Made by a program: the position numbers and the translations under genes. A stretch of 64,000 nt of DNA from a virus (Duplodnaviria > Caudoviricetes): positions 2,616 through 66,615 of the IMG/VR virus record IMGVR_UViG_3300020352_000805. One strand, 5' to 3'. Positions 8,849 to 17,689 of the stretch are shown in pieces. Numbering within the stretch: position 1 is the stretch's first letter; every line of letters starts with the position of its first letter. The notes beneath the pieces are model-generated. The model saw only the letters and a list, made by a program, of their open reading frames with translations. It searched no databases and was not told the DNA's origin.

Positions 8849-9181
8849 TTGAGCAAAAATAAAAAATCTCTAGTAAAAGAATATTTAGAAAATGTAGTTT
8901 CTAAAAGACCACTAACAGAAGCCATCGAAAAGATATCTTTCAAGATACAAATTTTCGAAGAAGATGGAAAAACAAATTTAATTGAGGCTGTAAAGAAAGA
9001 AAAACTAGATTATATAATTTTAGTTACTAAACTTACTACTATGATAGAAATGTTTAATTTGATAAAAAATGATGACAATATTGTTATGATAGATAAAATG
9101 CAATTAGACATAGAAAATTTTATGGAAACAATTTCATCAACAATAGATAAATCTAAAAAGGAATTTGCAAATGAAAAATAA
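8849..9181 (+). CDS. Hypothetical protein
   Basis: 110-aa ORF with TTG start, divergent from terL. Confidence 0.65.
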   Translation: MSKNKKSLVKEYLENVVSKRPLTEAIEKISFKIQIFEEDGKTNLIEAVKKEKLDYIILVTKLTTMIEMFNLIKNDDNIVMIDKMQLDIENFMETISSTIDKSKKEFANEK

Positions 9182-9389
9182 AGAAAAGAAAGAAGAAAGT
9201 ATAATAGAATTTCTTACAAACGAAGGTGTTGAAATAAAAATGATTAAGAAAAATAGAAAGTACAATATCTTTGTAACAGAATCAAAGAAAAATGCTAAAA
9301 ACAAAAAAGTTTATGCATCTTTGAGTACTGATAAATCAATGCAAGAATTTTTTAAATTCTGCAATCACTTTACTAAAAAAATAAAATAA
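9171..9389 (+). CDS. Hypothetical basic protein
   Basis: ORF track 9165..9389; ATG at 9171 preferred; its stop overlaps the next start. Confidence 0.6.
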   Translation: MKNKEKKEESIIEFLTNEGVEIKMIKKNRKYNIFVTESKKNAKNKKVYASLSTDKSMQEFFKFCNHFTKKIK

Positions 9390-10252
9390 TGAGTAACGCA
9401 TTACCCAACAGGGACTTAGACTTGCGAGAGCGAGGAGGACTAGTATTCTACGAAAATGAACATGCATATTACAATGCTGATGGTGTAAAATATACCGGAA
9501 TGACAACTTTTCTTAAAGATTATTGTGCTCCGTTTAATGCTGATGAAACAGCTAAATATAAAGCAATCAAAAATTGTTTACCTGAACAAAAGTTAAAAGA
9601 CTTAAAAAAGATTATTGTATCAAAATTAAACGAAAGTAATTTTACGGCTTGGTCTAAGGTGCATTTATTTTATGAAAAGATTTGTGAATCAAATTCAACA
9701 TTAGGTGCAAAAATAGTAAAAGAAAAAGAAAACATTTTAGCTGATTGGGCAAACTCTACGAATGAAGGTTCAATTGAGCACGATAAAAGAGAAAAAGATG
9801 TTATAGAAAATGGAATTACTTGGAAGGGTAAATACTATCCATATATGAATAAAACAATATTAGATGTTACTAAAGATGATGTTTGTGTAATACCAGAAAT
9901 TATGGTCTGGGACCACGAAAGTCAACTATGCGGTCTTATTGATTTACCTATTTTCGATAAAGGAGTTGTTCATATTTTAGATTACAAAACAAACAGAAAA
10001 ATAGAAAAAACTTCTTTTATGGATAAGATTATGAGTGGTCCATTTAGAAAGTTCAAAGATTGTAACTTTTCAAAGTATTCTGCACAACTATCTGGTTATC
10101 AAAAAATGGCTTGTGATATAACAGGATTTGAACGAGGGGAGAAATGGATAATTCATACTGCAAATGAAAAGTATAAAAGAAAAAAAGATGTATTCATAGA
10201 ATGTATTGATATGAATAAAGAAATAGAAATAGCATTTAAAACATTTAGATAA
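9389..10252 (+). CDS. PD-(D/E)xK exonuclease (RecB/lambda-exonuclease-like family)
   Basis: YTGMTTFL, EGSIEH, PEIMV...LCGLIDL...ILDYKT, YSAQLSGY motifs. Confidence 0.8.
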   Translation: MSNALPNRDLDLRERGGLVFYENEHAYYNADGVKYTGMTTFLKDYCAPFNADETAKYKAIKNCLPEQKLKDLKKIIVSKLNESNFTAWSKVHLFYEKICESNSTLGAKIVKEKENILADWANSTNEGSIEHDKREKDVIENGITWKGKYYPYMNKTILDVTKDDVCVIPEIMVWDHESQLCGLIDLPIFDKGVVHILDYKTNRKIEKTSFMDKIMSGPFRKFKDCNFSKYSAQLSGYQKMACDITGFERGEKWIIHTANEKYKRKKDVFIECIDMNKEIEIAFKTFR

Positions 10253-10253
10253 T

Positions 10254-10502
10254 ATGATTAGTAAAGAAGATGAACAGAAAGTTTTAGATTTTGCAAAAAA
10301 CTACAAGAAACGGGCGAACAAGGTATCAGGGTATAAAGATGAATTAACAATTCTTCAAACAAAAATTCAAGAAGAATTGAAAACTATGGAAAAACTTAGG
10401 ACTAAAGAGTTAAAGTTTTTAGATGAATTGCGATTGAAATACGATACTACACCAGATGTTGTTGTTCAATTGATACAAAAAATAATACTTGCTAATGGAT
10501 AA
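10254..10502 (+). CDS. Small coiled-coil hypothetical protein
   Basis: 82-aa helical, charged ORF tightly coupled to its neighbours. Confidence 0.65.
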   Translation: MISKEDEQKVLDFAKNYKKRANKVSGYKDELTILQTKIQEELKTMEKLRTKELKFLDELRLKYDTTPDVVVQLIQKIILANG

Positions 10503-13035
10503 TATAATGATTATTAAAAGAGATGGTTCGAAAGAACCTCTTAATATCGAAAAGATAAACAAAGTTCTACTTTGGGCAACTGCTAATATTTCAGATGTTA
10601 GTGCATCGGAAATTGCTATGAATGCCAATCTACAATTTTACGATGATATAAAGAGTTCGGATATTCAACAAGTTCTTATAAGTTCTTGTGTTGATTTGAT
10701 TAGTGAAGAAACACCTAACTACGATTTAGTAGCAGGTAAACTTTACAATATGTATTTGAGAAAGAAAGTTTTCAATACGTTTAAATACCTACCTACTTTG
10801 TATGACCATTTAAAAAGTATGATAGGTAGAAATTGGTATACAAAAGAAATTTTAGAAAATTATACTAAAGAAGAAATTCAAGACATAGGTAATAAAATAT
10901 TAAATCACAAAAAAGATTGGGATTATACCTATGCAAGTATAAGACAAATGTCTGATAAGTACTTGATAAAAAATAGAAAAACAGATGAAATATTCGAAAC
11001 CCCTCAATTTATGTATATCGCAATTGCGATGTGTGTTTCGGCTGGTATTCAAGATAAAAAGAAAAGATTTCAAGATATCAAATCAAAATATAATGATTAT
11101 TCAGAATTTTATATTTCATTGTCAACACCGGTTGTATCTGGGATTAGAACGAATACGACACAATATAGTTCGTGTACTCTCATCGAATGTGATGATTCGA
11201 TTAAATCAATCAATTCGACTTCTAATGCAATTGTAAGTTATACAGCAAAACGTGCTGGAATTGGTATGAATGTTGGTAGAATTAGAGCAGTAGGAGATGA
11301 AATTAGAAATGGTGATGTTGTTCATACAGGATTAATTCCTTTCTTAAAAACATTCGAAACTAACACAAAGGCCGTTCATCAAAATGGACTACGAGGTGGT
11401 GGTGGAACTGCTCATATTCCAATTTGGCATAAACAAATAAAAGATATTATTGTTTTAAAAAACAACAAAGGTTCAGATGAAAAAAGAGTTAGAAAATTAG
11501 ATTATAGTATTCAATTTTCTAAGATATTTTGGCAACGTTTTGTTGAAAATGATTTGATTAGTTTATTTTCTCCTAATGATGTTCCGGATTTGTATGACAA
11601 TTTCGGTCTTGAAAGGTTTGATGACTTGTATAAGAAATATGAATTAGACCCCGAAATTCCTTGTGAGTATGTTAGTGCTAGAGAATTGATAGGTGATATT
11701 ATTCAAGAGCGATTCGAAACAGGAAGAATCTATATTATGAATATAGACAATGCTAATTCACATACTACTTTTGATACAGAAAATGGCAATAGAATTACAA
11801 TGAGTAATTTATGCCAAGAAATTAATTTACCTACAAGTCCACTAAATCACGAAGATGATGGTAGATTAGTTGATAGATACTTAATTGTTGATGCTAACAA
11901 AAGAGAAGAATTAGAAACCTGGTTAAAAACAAATGATGTTTATATTACCGGACAATCTTTTGGTTCTGAAAATGAAATTATTCACAAATCAACAGGAAGG
12001 GATGATTTACATTTATCTTATGTAAAAGAAGATGCATCATTAAGAGATTACATTAAAATAAAAGCTGAATTAGTTTATGGTAATAAACCAGCTGAAATTG
12101 CATTATGTACACTTGCAGCTGTAAACTTAGGTAAAATTAGAGATTATAAAGAATTAGAAAGAGTTACTAAAAATATTGTTGATACATTAGAATGGGTTAT
12201 TGATAAACAAGAATACCCTATGTTTGCAGCACTAAAAATGTTAAAACGTAGAAGTATAGGAATTGGTGTTACTAACTTTGCATATTGGATGGCAAAGAAA
12301 GGTTTTGATTATGAAGACCCGAATGCATTAGGAGAAATTGATAGACTATTCGAACACTTTACTTACTATTGCATAAAAGCAAGTAATGAAATGGCAAAGG
12401 AAAAAGGAGTTTGTGATTACTATCATAAAACAAGATTTGCAAAAGGTGAATTAATAATTGATAATTACAATAAAAATGTAGATAAACTTGTAAAGAGAAA
12501 TTATGATTTAGATTGGGAATCGTTAAGAGAAAGTATTGAAGAACACGGAATGCGACATAGTACATTGAATGCATATATGCCAGTAGAAAGTTCTTCTGTA
12601 ATTTCTAATAGTACAAACGGATTTGAACCACCAAGAACACCTATTCAAGTTAAAACAAGTAAAGCCGGTGCAATCAAGATGGTTATTCCAGGATATTCAA
12701 AGTACAAGAACAAATATACTTATGCATTTGATATGGAAACTAACGAAGGTATTATAAATATTCATTCAATTATTCAAAAATGGACTGACCAAGCATTAAG
12801 TTGTAATCATTATTATGACCCACAGGATTGGGAAGATGGTAGAGTTCCTATGGATGTTTTAGCGGATGACTTACTTAGATTTTATGCTTATGGTGGAAAA
12901 CAAGTATATTATGCAAATACTTTTGATAATAAAACTGAAGATTTCACTAATCAATTAAATGAAACTTTAAAAGATTTACCAAAAGAAGACGACCCGATGG
13001 AAAGTGGTTGTGATGGTGGAGCTTGTACACTGTAA
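10495..13035 (+). CDS. nrdA: Ribonucleoside-diphosphate reductase class Ia, alpha subunit with ATP cone
   Basis: IIKRDG ATP cone, SSCTLI, SNLCQEI, ALCTL, PVESSS..SNSTNGFEP, QVYY, C-terminal CDGGACTL; start uncertain (10489/10495/10507). Confidence 0.97.
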   Translation: MDNIMIIKRDGSKEPLNIEKINKVLLWATANISDVSASEIAMNANLQFYDDIKSSDIQQVLISSCVDLISEETPNYDLVAGKLYNMYLRKKVFNTFKYLPTLYDHLKSMIGRNWYTKEILENYTKEEIQDIGNKILNHKKDWDYTYASIRQMSDKYLIKNRKTDEIFETPQFMYIAIAMCVSAGIQDKKKRFQDIKSKYNDYSEFYISLSTPVVSGIRTNTTQYSSCTLIECDDSIKSINSTSNAIVSYTAKRAGIGMNVGRIRAVGDEIRNGDVVHTGLIPFLKTFETNTKAVHQNGLRGGGGTAHIPIWHKQIKDIIVLKNNKGSDEKRVRKLDYSIQFSKIFWQRFVENDLISLFSPNDVPDLYDNFGLERFDDLYKKYELDPEIPCEYVSARELIGDIIQERFETGRIYIMNIDNANSHTTFDTENGNRITMSNLCQEINLPTSPLNHEDDGRLVDRYLIVDANKREELETWLKTNDVYITGQSFGSENEIIHKSTGRDDLHLSYVKEDASLRDYIKIKAELVYGNKPAEIALCTLAAVNLGKIRDYKELERVTKNIVDTLEWVIDKQEYPMFAALKMLKRRSIGIGVTNFAYWMAKKGFDYEDPNALGEIDRLFEHFTYYCIKASNEMAKEKGVCDYYHKTRFAKGELIIDNYNKNVDKLVKRNYDLDWESLRESIEEHGMRHSTLNAYMPVESSSVISNSTNGFEPPRTPIQVKTSKAGAIKMVIPGYSKYKNKYTYAFDMETNEGIINIHSIIQKWTDQALSCNHYYDPQDWEDGRVPMDVLADDLLRFYAYGGKQVYYANTFDNKTEDFTNQLNETLKDLPKEDDPMESGCDGGACTL

Positions 13036-13052
13036 ACAAAAACAAATCATTG

Positions 13053-13083
13053 AACCCTATCATTTACTTGGTAGGGTTTTTTT
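13053..13083 (+). terminator. Intrinsic terminator after nrdA
   Basis: AACCCTATCA-loop-TGGTAGGGTT followed by a T run. Confidence 0.8.
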
Positions 13084-13138
13084 ATGTTTTTAAAATATTT
13101 CTTAGGTTTTTTACCTTTAATTTGTAGAAAGTAATACT

Positions 13139-13912
13139 ATGAGCGATATAAAAAATAATACAATACTTGGTAACGATTTATTCAAAGATGAATTCAAAGA
13201 AACTTTAATTATGCACATTCCACACGCAAGTGTGTCTATTCCTGATAGAAGTGAATTTTTATTGAACGATGAAGAAATAAATGATGAAATCTTAAAATTG
13301 ACTGATATTGGAACAGATGTTATATTCGATTTAGGAAGTGATATTACACAACACAAATTCAAATATAATAGAATTTATTGTGATGTAGAAAGATTACCTG
13401 ACGAACAAGAAGAAATGTTTCAATTTGGTAGAGGTTTCTATTATACAAAAACAGATGATGGTAGAGATTTAAGAAATGAAAAAAAATTCAAAGATAATGT
13501 TAAGTATTTTTATGATAGACATCATACTGTACTTGAAAATGAAGTGTTTGATAAAATATACAAACGTGGATTTGCAACTATAATTGATTGTCATTCTTTT
13601 AGTGATACCCCATTTGAAACCGATTTGATTAAAGAACCTAATAGACCAGATATTTGTTTAGGTACAGATGATTTTCATACACCAAAATGGTTATCTGACC
13701 AAGTAAGGATATATTTTGAAAATTTAGGATATAATGTTAAAATAAACAATCCTTATGGTGGAACTATTGTACCTTTGAAATGTTATAAAAAAGATAAAAA
13801 TGTTCATAGTATAATGATTGAAGTTAATAGAAAATTGTTTATCGAAAATGACAAAGTTGATTACAAGAAATTGTTAGAATTAAATAATGTAATGAAAAAA
13901 ATATTTGATTAA
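13139..13912 (+). CDS. N-formylglutamate amidohydrolase family protein (HutG/FGase-like)
   Basis: HIPHAS, LTDIGTD, RIYCDVER, IIDCHSF, PDICLGTD, NNPYGG, SIMIEVNR motifs. Confidence 0.85.
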   Translation: MSDIKNNTILGNDLFKDEFKETLIMHIPHASVSIPDRSEFLLNDEEINDEILKLTDIGTDVIFDLGSDITQHKFKYNRIYCDVERLPDEQEEMFQFGRGFYYTKTDDGRDLRNEKKFKDNVKYFYDRHHTVLENEVFDKIYKRGFATIIDCHSFSDTPFETDLIKEPNRPDICLGTDDFHTPKWLSDQVRIYFENLGYNVKINNPYGGTIVPLKCYKKDKNVHSIMIEVNRKLFIENDKVDYKKLLELNNVMKKIFD

Positions 13913-14454
13913 TGAAAACAATAAACGAATTAAAAGAATACAACGAATACAAAAATAAAATGGCTCTTCATACAATTATGGAAAGCTTTTTTAGTTTAGA
14001 TGAAGGTAAGGCAGACCCAGAAGTTTTAGAATTAATTCAAAACGATGAATTTGATACTAATCCCGCAGAATTTAAAAAATCTTTAAGTAAATCTAAACAT
14101 CAAGAAATGTTAACCGATTATGATACTAAAGAGTTAAAGAAAATGAAACTTTTTAAGCTTAAAGGATACAACATTGGATTTGCATTAAAAAAGAAAGATG
14201 GCAAACATCAAGAAATTGTTGCTGTTCACAATAATGAACCTAATGTTAAAGGTATAGGAAAAGATTTAATGAAAGCTGCAATAAAAAACGGAGGTGTTTA
14301 CTTAGACCATTTTTCTGGTTATTTAGATAATTTTTATTCTAGTTTAGGTTTCGTTGAATACGACAGGGATAAATTTGACCCACAGTATGATGAAGACGGT
14401 TCTTTCAGAGCAAAGTACGGTGAAGCTGATGTAGTTTACAGAAAATTAAAGTAA
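13912..14454 (+). CDS. GNAT-like acetyltransferase with CTS-like N-terminus
   Basis: VAVHNN..VKGIGKDLMKAA...LDHFSGYLDNFYSSLGF motif; starts MKTINELKEYNE. Confidence 0.7.
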   Translation: MKTINELKEYNEYKNKMALHTIMESFFSLDEGKADPEVLELIQNDEFDTNPAEFKKSLSKSKHQEMLTDYDTKELKKMKLFKLKGYNIGFALKKKDGKHQEIVAVHNNEPNVKGIGKDLMKAAIKNGGVYLDHFSGYLDNFYSSLGFVEYDRDKFDPQYDEDGSFRAKYGEADVVYRKLK

Positions 14455-14457
14455 CGA

Positions 14458-14793
14458 ATGAAAGGATTAGAAGAATATTTAAACGAATCTAAACCTAAGA
14501 TTGAATACAGAGTTGAACATTTAGATTCTTACGGAGGTCAAAATAACTATGAGTTAGGTATGTATATTAACGGAGATATTGTAGGTATGGTAGAGTATGT
14601 TATTTTCGAAAAAGAATTGACCGTAAGTGATATTGTTGTTGTTCCTAAATATAGAAGAAAAGGTTTCGGTTCAAGAATGATGCAATACCTTAAAGACTAT
14701 CACAAAGATGCAACTTATAAACCATCTATGCAAACAGACTTAGGTGCTAAATTTAAACATAAGAAAATTAAAGATTTATATAGTCTTGATTAA
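14458..14793 (+). CDS. GNAT acetyltransferase with CTS-like N-terminus
   Basis: IVVVPKYRRKGFGSRMM acetyl-CoA-binding motif A; starts MKGLEEYLNE. Confidence 0.8.
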   Translation: MKGLEEYLNESKPKIEYRVEHLDSYGGQNNYELGMYINGDIVGMVEYVIFEKELTVSDIVVVPKYRRKGFGSRMMQYLKDYHKDATYKPSMQTDLGAKFKHKKIKDLYSLD

Positions 14794-14810
14794 ATAAATT
14801 AAAGTAATGA

Positions 14811-15296
14811 ATGAGAGGATTAGACGAATATCTAAACGAGGGTTCAAAATTAGATAAAACTTTTTTCGAATGGTTCAAGGATTCTAAAGTGCTAGACCAC
14901 GATGGTAAACCGTTGATTGTATATCACGGAACAAATGTACATTTTAATACTTTCAGTTATAATGATTTTGGAAAAACTGATTGGGGAATGTATGGTAAAG
15001 GTTTCTATTTTACACCTGATAGACTACTTGCATTGGAATACGCAAAACAATCTGTAGAAATACAAGGAAAAGGAAAACCAGTTGTTCTTAGTTGTTATCT
15101 ATCAATACAAAATCCACTAATAAGAGATAGTGATTGGTTCAGTAGACAACTACCTGGCAGACAAACGGATAAAGAACTTGAAAAGTGGACAAATATGGTA
15201 AAAGGAAAAGGTTTCGATGGTATTCAAGTAGGAAAACAAATGTATAAAGCAGAGTATGTTGCGTTTGAACCCAAACAAATTATGCTGATTAAATAA
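14811..15296 (+). CDS. ADP-ribosyltransferase-like domain (polyvalent-protein type) with CTS-like N-terminus
   Basis: FFEWFKDSKVLDHDGKPLIVYHGT, GKGFYFT, YLSIQNP, GFDGI, EYVAF; starts MRGLDEYLNE. Confidence 0.7.
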   Translation: MRGLDEYLNEGSKLDKTFFEWFKDSKVLDHDGKPLIVYHGTNVHFNTFSYNDFGKTDWGMYGKGFYFTPDRLLALEYAKQSVEIQGKGKPVVLSCYLSIQNPLIRDSDWFSRQLPGRQTDKELEKWTNMVKGKGFDGIQVGKQMYKAEYVAFEPKQIMLIK

Positions 15297-15310
15297 AATA
15301 AATATCAAAA

Positions 15311-15565
15311 ATGAAAACGATAAAGGAAATAAACGAAGGAAAACTAAACGAAGCATCAAAAGAAGCTGCTGAAGCTATCAAACTTATAGGTAACTTGGCA
15401 AAAGCTTTCAAAGACCTTGCAATTGATATCACAGATGCTTATGGTGATAGTCCATATGAAGATACAATAGAAAAAGATTATCCTTTTGGTGAATCATTCG
15501 ATGACTTGAATATAAAGGTTCAAAAGTGGGCAACACAATCTATCAAGAACATTAAAAAAATGTAA
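15311..15565 (+). CDS. Small protein with CTS-like N-terminus
   Basis: Starts MKTIKEINEGKLNE. Confidence 0.6.
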   Translation: MKTIKEINEGKLNEASKEAAEAIKLIGNLAKAFKDLAIDITDAYGDSPYEDTIEKDYPFGESFDDLNIKVQKWATQSIKNIKKM

Positions 15566-15582
15566 CTTAAAAAAGTTAAAAT

Positions 15583-15617
15583 GAGAACCGATATTTCTTT
15601 GATTTATCGGTTTTCTT
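15583..15617 (+). terminator. Putative intrinsic terminator
   Basis: GAGAACCGATA...TATCGGTTTTC stem. Confidence 0.65.
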
Positions 15618-15629
15618 ATGCCTAAAAAG

Positions 15630-15682
15630 TTGCAATTGTCAATATTTATGCGTATATTGTAATTGTTGGTGAGGTTATCAAC
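15630..15682 (+). promoter_or_regulatory. Early promoter copy 2 plus leader hairpin
   Basis: TTGCAA-N17-TATATT, then GTTGGTGA-GG-TTATCAAC. Confidence 0.75.
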
Positions 15683-15701
15683 AAAGATAAAAACAAGATA
15701 T

Positions 15702-16346
15702 ATGGATTATACAGTTATTAGAGAAACAGAAAAAGCTTTTTTGATAGAGTTCGATACATATAAAGGTGTAAAAGAAGTGATAGTAAAGTTGAACACTTGG
15801 ATTCCTAAAATCTGGGTAGAACTTAATAAAGACCATTCTATACAAAAAAACATAGAAACAGCAACAAAAAAACACTACGATAAACTTAATGCCTGGTTAA
15901 AAAGTAAACATTACAATCAAGTAAAATATTCTTTTACTAAAGCAGAAGTTGTAAAACCTACTCATAAAAGAGTTAACTATTACATTGATGCAAGTTTTTT
16001 CCAATTTGAATCTAACGGTGCTACAAATGGATATACCGGAATATGGCCAAGTGTTAGTAATGCTTCAGAATATGATAACAAAAGCATAATGGACTTGGTT
16101 TTAGAAGGAAAAGGATTCTTTTACAAAGAAGCAAGAGTAGGATGGGTATCGGATAAAAATAAATTTTTCAATAGAATTGATTTCTGTGATGACATAAATG
16201 TTTATTATGAAAACAAAGATAAGGATATAATTAAAGAAAGAAATATAGAAATTTTACTTGTTAAGGATATTAAGATTTATAAAAAATGTACTAAAGGAAT
16301 AAAAAACAACTTTTTGCAAGGCGAAAAAGTAGTAAAAATAGATTAA
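15702..16346 (+). CDS. Hypothetical early protein
   Basis: The track start at 15663 (TTG) lies inside the promoter leader; ATG 15702 (MDYTV) preferred. Confidence 0.7.
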   Translation: MDYTVIRETEKAFLIEFDTYKGVKEVIVKLNTWIPKIWVELNKDHSIQKNIETATKKHYDKLNAWLKSKHYNQVKYSFTKAEVVKPTHKRVNYYIDASFFQFESNGATNGYTGIWPSVSNASEYDNKSIMDLVLEGKGFFYKEARVGWVSDKNKFFNRIDFCDDINVYYENKDKDIIKERNIEILLVKDIKIYKKCTKGIKNNFLQGEKVVKID

Positions 16347-16364
16347 AGATAATTGCTCTAAAAG

Positions 16365-16417
16365 TTGCAAATGTCAAATAATATTCGTACATTGTAATTG
16401 TTGATGAGGTTATCAAC
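16365..16417 (+). promoter_or_regulatory. Early promoter copy 3 plus leader hairpin
   Basis: TTGCAA-N17-TACATT, then GTTGATGA-GG-TTATCAAC and TTATTGTTTAACTTT as in copy 1. Confidence 0.75.
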
Positions 16418-16443
16418 TTATTGTTTAACTTTAATACTACAAA

Positions 16444-16653
16444 ATGACAGAACTAGATTACGAAAACTTAAAAGAATATCAAAGGTATGAAAATTTAGTT
16501 AATACTAAAGAATTTGTAAGTGAAAAAGATTACAAATTTATCATAGGTTATGACCCATTAGAAAAAGAAAACTGGGTCAAAGAATCCTGGCATTACAAAG
16601 AAGGAGAACGCTACCTAAACTTGAAACTTTACTATCAAAAACTTAAAAAATAA
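16444..16653 (+). CDS. Hypothetical early protein
   Basis: 69-aa ORF after promoter copy 3. Confidence 0.7.
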   Translation: MTELDYENLKEYQRYENLVNTKEFVSEKDYKFIIGYDPLEKENWVKESWHYKEGERYLNLKLYYQKLKK

Positions 16654-16674
16654 CTAAACTTAAAACTTACTACT

Positions 16675-16938
16675 ATGGCATATTGTGTATTATCAAAAGA
16701 TGGAGATTTCTTTGCAGTTAAAGGAACTAAAACTAAAATTCAAAGTTTAGTAAAGAAAGGTTATGTTGGAATTGCAGTTTCCGAATCAAAGGAAAAAGCA
16801 GAAGGTATAATTATGGGAATCAAAGCTCACAGTGTTGTTGAGAAATTTGCCGGTCATTTACCTCAAGATATGAAAGTGGCCTTTAAATCAGAAATTGCTC
16901 AATTGGCAACTCAAATGTATAATGAGATAGTTAAATAG
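16675..16938 (+). CDS. Hypothetical protein
   Basis: 87-aa ORF in an operon-like array. Confidence 0.7.
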   Translation: MAYCVLSKDGDFFAVKGTKTKIQSLVKKGYVGIAVSESKEKAEGIIMGIKAHSVVEKFAGHLPQDMKVAFKSEIAQLATQMYNEIVK

Positions 16939-16941
16939 TAT

Positions 16942-17262
16942 ATGAAAAACTTAAATGAATTTGTAAACGAAGGGAAAAAAAGAGATATCGGAACACCGAA
17001 AGAATTAAAAAAATTTTTATACTCTAAACAATCACAAATCGTAAAGTGGGTAAAAGAAGCAATAGATGACAAGGGTGAAGAAAATATATCAGAAGAGGAT
17101 ATTAAACAATGGATATCAGATGATGCTGGTGAAATTACACCTAATAGATTTAATTTAACTTCAGATGATTTTAATAATAGAGGATATGATGAATATATGT
17201 TTGAAGATGTATATGAAGAATTTGTTAAATCTACCTATGAAAAATTCTTTAAAAATAAATAA
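16942..17262 (+). CDS. Protein with CTS-like N-terminus
   Basis: Starts MKNLNEFVNE. Confidence 0.6.
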   Translation: MKNLNEFVNEGKKRDIGTPKELKKFLYSKQSQIVKWVKEAIDDKGEENISEEDIKQWISDDAGEITPNRFNLTSDDFNNRGYDEYMFEDVYEEFVKSTYEKFFKNK

Positions 17263-17267
17263 TAGAT

Positions 17268-17468
17268 ATGAATAAGATTAAAAAAGTAGTTAATTCGGGT
17301 TGGTTCAACTCGATTTTTGCATTTGCAGTTGCGGCTGGATTTGCATTTTATGGAAATTGGTTTCCTTTTGGAATTGCACTTGGATTTGGTGTTCAAAGAT
17401 TAATTAGTAGTTTTAAAACTGTTGATTGTGATTGTGACTGTGAAGCTTGCGAAGATTGTGAAAAATAA
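17268..17468 (+). CDS. Small membrane protein with Cys-rich acidic tail
   Basis: Two hydrophobic segments followed by VDCDCDCEACEDCEK. Confidence 0.65.
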   Translation: MNKIKKVVNSGWFNSIFAFAVAAGFAFYGNWFPFGIALGFGVQRLISSFKTVDCDCDCEACEDCEK

Positions 17469-17475
17469 ATAAGTT

Positions 17476-17688
17476 ATGAAAAGAATAAATGAATTTTTGA
17501 ATGAACAAACAACATCAAAACTAGATATAAGCACTCTTATTGTACTAGCACAATCTAAAATTGATAGAATCAATAGAAAAAAAAGTCAAACTACAAAGTC
17601 TCATCCATATAAAATGAAACTAAAAAAAGCAATAGAATCAAAAGATATAGATGAACTTTTTAGATTACTGACAACACTTGAAATGTAA
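17476..17688 (+). CDS. Small protein with CTS-like N-terminus
   Basis: Starts MKRINEFLNE. Confidence 0.6.
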   Translation: MKRINEFLNEQTTSKLDISTLIVLAQSKIDRINRKKSQTTKSHPYKMKLKKAIESKDIDELFRLLTTLEM

Positions 17689-17689
17689 T

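Noticed and set aside
8849-9181. Membership of the 8849 ORF in the capsid-targeting set (contains VKEYLE and PLTE)
   Set aside because: The N-terminus (MSKNKKSLVKEYLE) does not match the MKxLxEF spacing; too weak to include
9389-10252. Cas4/CRISPR association of the PD-(D/E)xK nuclease
   Set aside because: No C-terminal CxxC-type Fe-S cluster pattern recognised and no cas genes or array in the window
11860-12085. Possible intein or intron in nrdA
   Set aside because: No intein N-terminal C/S or C-terminal HN/N motif, no homing endonuclease, frame uninterrupted and too short; kept only as an insertion
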